64,000 nucleotides of DNA, from positions 798 through 64,797 of the forward strand of contig CAZYYD010000014.1 of the NCBI GenBank assembly GCA_964651225.1, read 5' to 3'. How positions within the stretch are numbered: position 1 is the first letter of the stretch; every line of letters begins with the position of its first letter. Below the pieces are notes generated by a model. The model saw nothing but the letters and a program-made list of their open reading frames with translations. It was not told the DNA's origin and searched no databases. Shown here in pieces: positions 61,680 through 64,000 of this stretch. Made by a program: the position numbers and the translations under genes. This stretch comes from an uncultured Ignavibacteriaceae bacterium. GTDB taxonomy: Bacteria > Bacteroidota > Ignavibacteria > UBA10030.

Positions 61680-62447
61680 ATGAAAATTACTCGGGCGGTT
61701 GTACCAAGTCTATTCACAACCCTCAACATTTTTTGTGGCTTCCTTTCACTTATCAGCACCAATCAGGGTCAATTTCAAACAGCAGCATGGTTCATTATCC
61801 TCGCCGCAATATTCGATTCGCTGGATGGAGTGATGGCGAGGATTACACGGTCCTCCAGTCAATTCGGTGTTGAGCTGGACTCGCTGGCGGATGTGGTTTC
61901 CTTCGGTGCAGCTCCTTCCTTCTTAGTGTATCAACTCTTTCTCTCGACATTGGGGAATTGGGGCATTCTCATTGCATCAATGCCCGTGATATTTGGAGCG
62001 ATCCGTCTGGCACGGTTCAACGTGCAACTGGTCGGCTTTGATAAGGACTATTTCAATGGATTGCCTATTCCGATGCAGGCGATAACAATATGTGCATTTA
62101 TCCTTCAGCTGGACGGAAGTTTCCAATCCGGGTTGCTGCCCCTGCCGGGAATCGGCCTCACGGCCCTTGTGATACTCTTATCGTTCTTAATGGTAAGTCA
62201 TGTGAAATACGATACCCTGCCGAAGCTTTCGAAGAAACAGGTGAAAGCGTATCCCTGGAAATTTGGAATATCGTTGATAGGGTTTTTACTTGTCCTGTTT
62301 TCCAAAGGATATCTTCTGTTCATGCTCCTGGCTTTGTATATCCTCTTCGGTTTGGTCCGATATGCTGTCTCGGGAATAAAGAAAGCAGTTAAAAAAACAG
62401 AGAATGAACCGGAAGAAACCGGGGAATTTTCAAGCATTGATATCTAG
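61680..62447 (+). CDS. pssA: CDP-diacylglycerol--serine O-phosphatidyltransferase
   Basis: DSLDGVMAR, FGVELDSLADVVSFG, RLARFN, FNGLPIP. Confidence 0.93.
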   Translation: MKITRAVVPSLFTTLNIFCGFLSLISTNQGQFQTAAWFIILAAIFDSLDGVMARITRSSSQFGVELDSLADVVSFGAAPSFLVYQLFLSTLGNWGILIASMPVIFGAIRLARFNVQLVGFDKDYFNGLPIPMQAITICAFILQLDGSFQSGLLPLPGIGLTALVILLSFLMVSHVKYDTLPKLSKKQVKAYPWKFGISLIGFLLVLFSKGYLLFMLLALYILFGLVRYAVSGIKKAVKKTENEPEETGEFSSIDI

Positions 62448-62456
62448 GAGAGTAAG

Positions 62457-62726
62457 GTGTTTCATTCAAAAATTTTCGTAACGTTAAAGAAGTCGATATT
62501 GGATCCGCAGGGAAAAGCGGTCGAGCAAGGGATCCATGCACTTGGATTTGAATCGGTGGGGAATGTGCGAATAGGGAAATACATAGAGATGGATATCGAA
62601 ACTAGTTCGCGCGACGAAGCCGAACGAATGACAAGAGAGATCTCTGACAAGCTTCTTGCAAACCTTGTCATGGAAAGTTATACCTTTACCACGGAACCTT
62701 TCGAAGAGTTGACGGCTCAACCATGA
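62457..62726 (+). CDS. purS: FGAM synthase subunit PurS
   Basis: [20 protein letters not shown]. Confidence 0.95.
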   Translation: MFHSKIFVTLKKSILDPQGKAVEQGIHALGFESVGNVRIGKYIEMDIETSSRDEAERMTREISDKLLANLVMESYTFTTEPFEELTAQP

Positions 62727-63463
62727 CGAACGTAAAATTCGGTGTTATTGTTTTTCCGGGTTCAAATTGCGACCATGATGCCCATTATGTTGCCGAAACT
62801 ATCATGGGACAGGAAACACGTCTCATTTGGCATAAAGAAGGTTCCATTGGTGATGTAAATGTGGTTATCCTCCCCGGAGGCTTTTCCTACGGTGATTATC
62901 TCCGATGCGGAGCCATTGCACGATTCTCGCCGGTGATGAAAGATGTTGTTCGATTCGCTCAGAATGGCGGGATGGTGATCGGTATTTGCAATGGTTTTCA
63001 AGTACTAACAGAAGCCGGACTCTTGCCCGGTGTGTTATTAAAGAATCGATCGCTTTTATTCATCTGCAAATATCTGCATCTTCGTGTCGAAAATGCAAAT
63101 ACCAGGTTTACCGGAATGAGTAAAAAGGGAGAAGTGCTTGAAATTCCTATTGCCCATGGCGAAGGAAATTATTTTACGGATCAGGAAACACTCAAACGGC
63201 TGGAAGAGAATCAGCAGGTAGTATTTCGCTACTGTGACAGGGCGGGAAATGTGACTGATGAAGCAAATCCAAACGGCTCCTTGAACAATATCGCAGGGAT
63301 CGTCAATGAGACGGGGAATGTCTTGGGGATGATGCCTCACCCTGAGCGAGCAGCCGATCCTGTCTTGAAGCATACCGATGGCAAAAAAATATTTCAATCC
63401 ATGATTCAAAGTGTAAGTTCACAATTTCAATTTGTAGAAAGTATGGTTGTAGAGAGGAGTTAG
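62723..63463 (+). CDS. purQ: FGAM synthase subunit PurQ
   Basis: [28 protein letters not shown]. Confidence 0.97.
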   Translation: MTNVKFGVIVFPGSNCDHDAHYVAETIMGQETRLIWHKEGSIGDVNVVILPGGFSYGDYLRCGAIARFSPVMKDVVRFAQNGGMVIGICNGFQVLTEAGLLPGVLLKNRSLLFICKYLHLRVENANTRFTGMSKKGEVLEIPIAHGEGNYFTDQETLKRLEENQQVVFRYCDRAGNVTDEANPNGSLNNIAGIVNETGNVLGMMPHPERAADPVLKHTDGKKIFQSMIQSVSSQFQFVESMVVERS

Positions 63464-63467
63464 TACC

Positions 63468-63671
63468 ATGGGATCTATAGGTGGTCAAGAGCTATTTCTT
63501 ATTTTGCTCATCGTCCTGGTGTTTTTCGGTGCAAAGAAACTTCCAGAACTGGCCAAAGGGCTAGGTCAGGGAATACGGGAATTCCGTAAGGCGGCAAAAG
63601 ATGTTCAGGACGAGGTCGAAAAGGAAGTAAAGAAGATTGATGAATCGACCGATACGAAGCCAAAAGGCTGA
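63468..63671 (+). CDS. tatA: twin-arginine translocase TatA
   Basis: FGAKKLPELAKGLGQGIREFRK. Confidence 0.93.
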   Translation: MGSIGGQELFLILLIVLVFFGAKKLPELAKGLGQGIREFRKAAKDVQDEVEKEVKKIDESTDTKPKG

Positions 63672-63721
63672 CATGGTTGTCGGAATGACTGTGGGAATCG
63701 AGTATCATCGACAGCGAATCC

Positions 63722-64000
63722 ATGAAGAATTATGATACCATCCGCGAAGAACTCGCAACCGGAAGAATAAGTTGTGAGGATCTCACGAAGTCATATCTTG
63801 GTGCAATCGAAGAAAAGAAGCATTTGAATGCACTGCTCTCTGTGTTCCCAGACACAGCCCTTGAAGAGGCAAAGCGCGTCGATAAAAAAATCCGTTCGGG
63901 CAATGCAGGGCCGTTGGCAGGGATGGTGGTGTCAATCAAAGATGCTATTTGTGTAAAAGATGAACACGTGACGTGCGGATCAAAGATACTGGAGAACTTC
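63722..64000 (+). CDS. gatA: Asp/Glu-tRNA amidotransferase subunit A (5' part, runs off the window)
   Basis: Not in the ORF track. MKNYDTIREEL...GPLAGMVVSIKDAICV..TCGSKILENF. Confidence 0.9.
   Translation, partial: MKNYDTIREELATGRISCEDLTKSYLGAIEEKKHLNALLSVFPDTALEEAKRVDKKIRSGNAGPLAGMVVSIKDAICVKDEHVTCGSKILENF

Overview
A 64 kb bacterial chromosomal segment, mostly on the + strand. Gene content, Shine-Dalgarno use and E. coli-like TTG-N17-TA.a.T promoters point to Ignavibacteria or another non-Bacteroidia member of the Bacteroidota/Chlorobiota group (inference). From about 24 kb onward it is largely housekeeping: fabF, trmO, tadA, prfA, rlhA-like U32, pdxB, dut, rsmI, pdaD, tyrS, smpB, the lpdA-lipB-E1-E2-lipA cluster, psd-pssA, purSQ, tatA and a partial gatA, plus two near-identical, convergent tRNA-Arg genes (UCG and ACG). 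The left 24 kb is accessory. It holds a GT4-fusion/GH130 pair, a B12-type radical SAM gene and two candidate undescribed systems. (1) A tightly coupled 10-gene catabolic operon (6490-17353): GNAT-like protein, thiolase-fold protein with its catalytic Cys replaced by Pro, DUF35 partner, YahEFG-type (DUF2877/FdrA/DUF1116) module, metal-dependent cyclase/amidohydrolase and a three-subunit Mo-hydroxylase lacking the xanthine-pocket Glu. This looks like an uncharacterised N-heterocycle degradation pathway. (2) A 1004-aa receiver-domain/dikinase hybrid and a small Zn-finger gene lying between two different glutamate dehydrogenases. There is also a promoter-driven, predicted-structured ~110-nt RNA upstream of tRNA-Arg(ACG). 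No CRISPR array, IS element, integrase or rRNA was seen. All product calls come from motif recognition by eye; no database searches were run.
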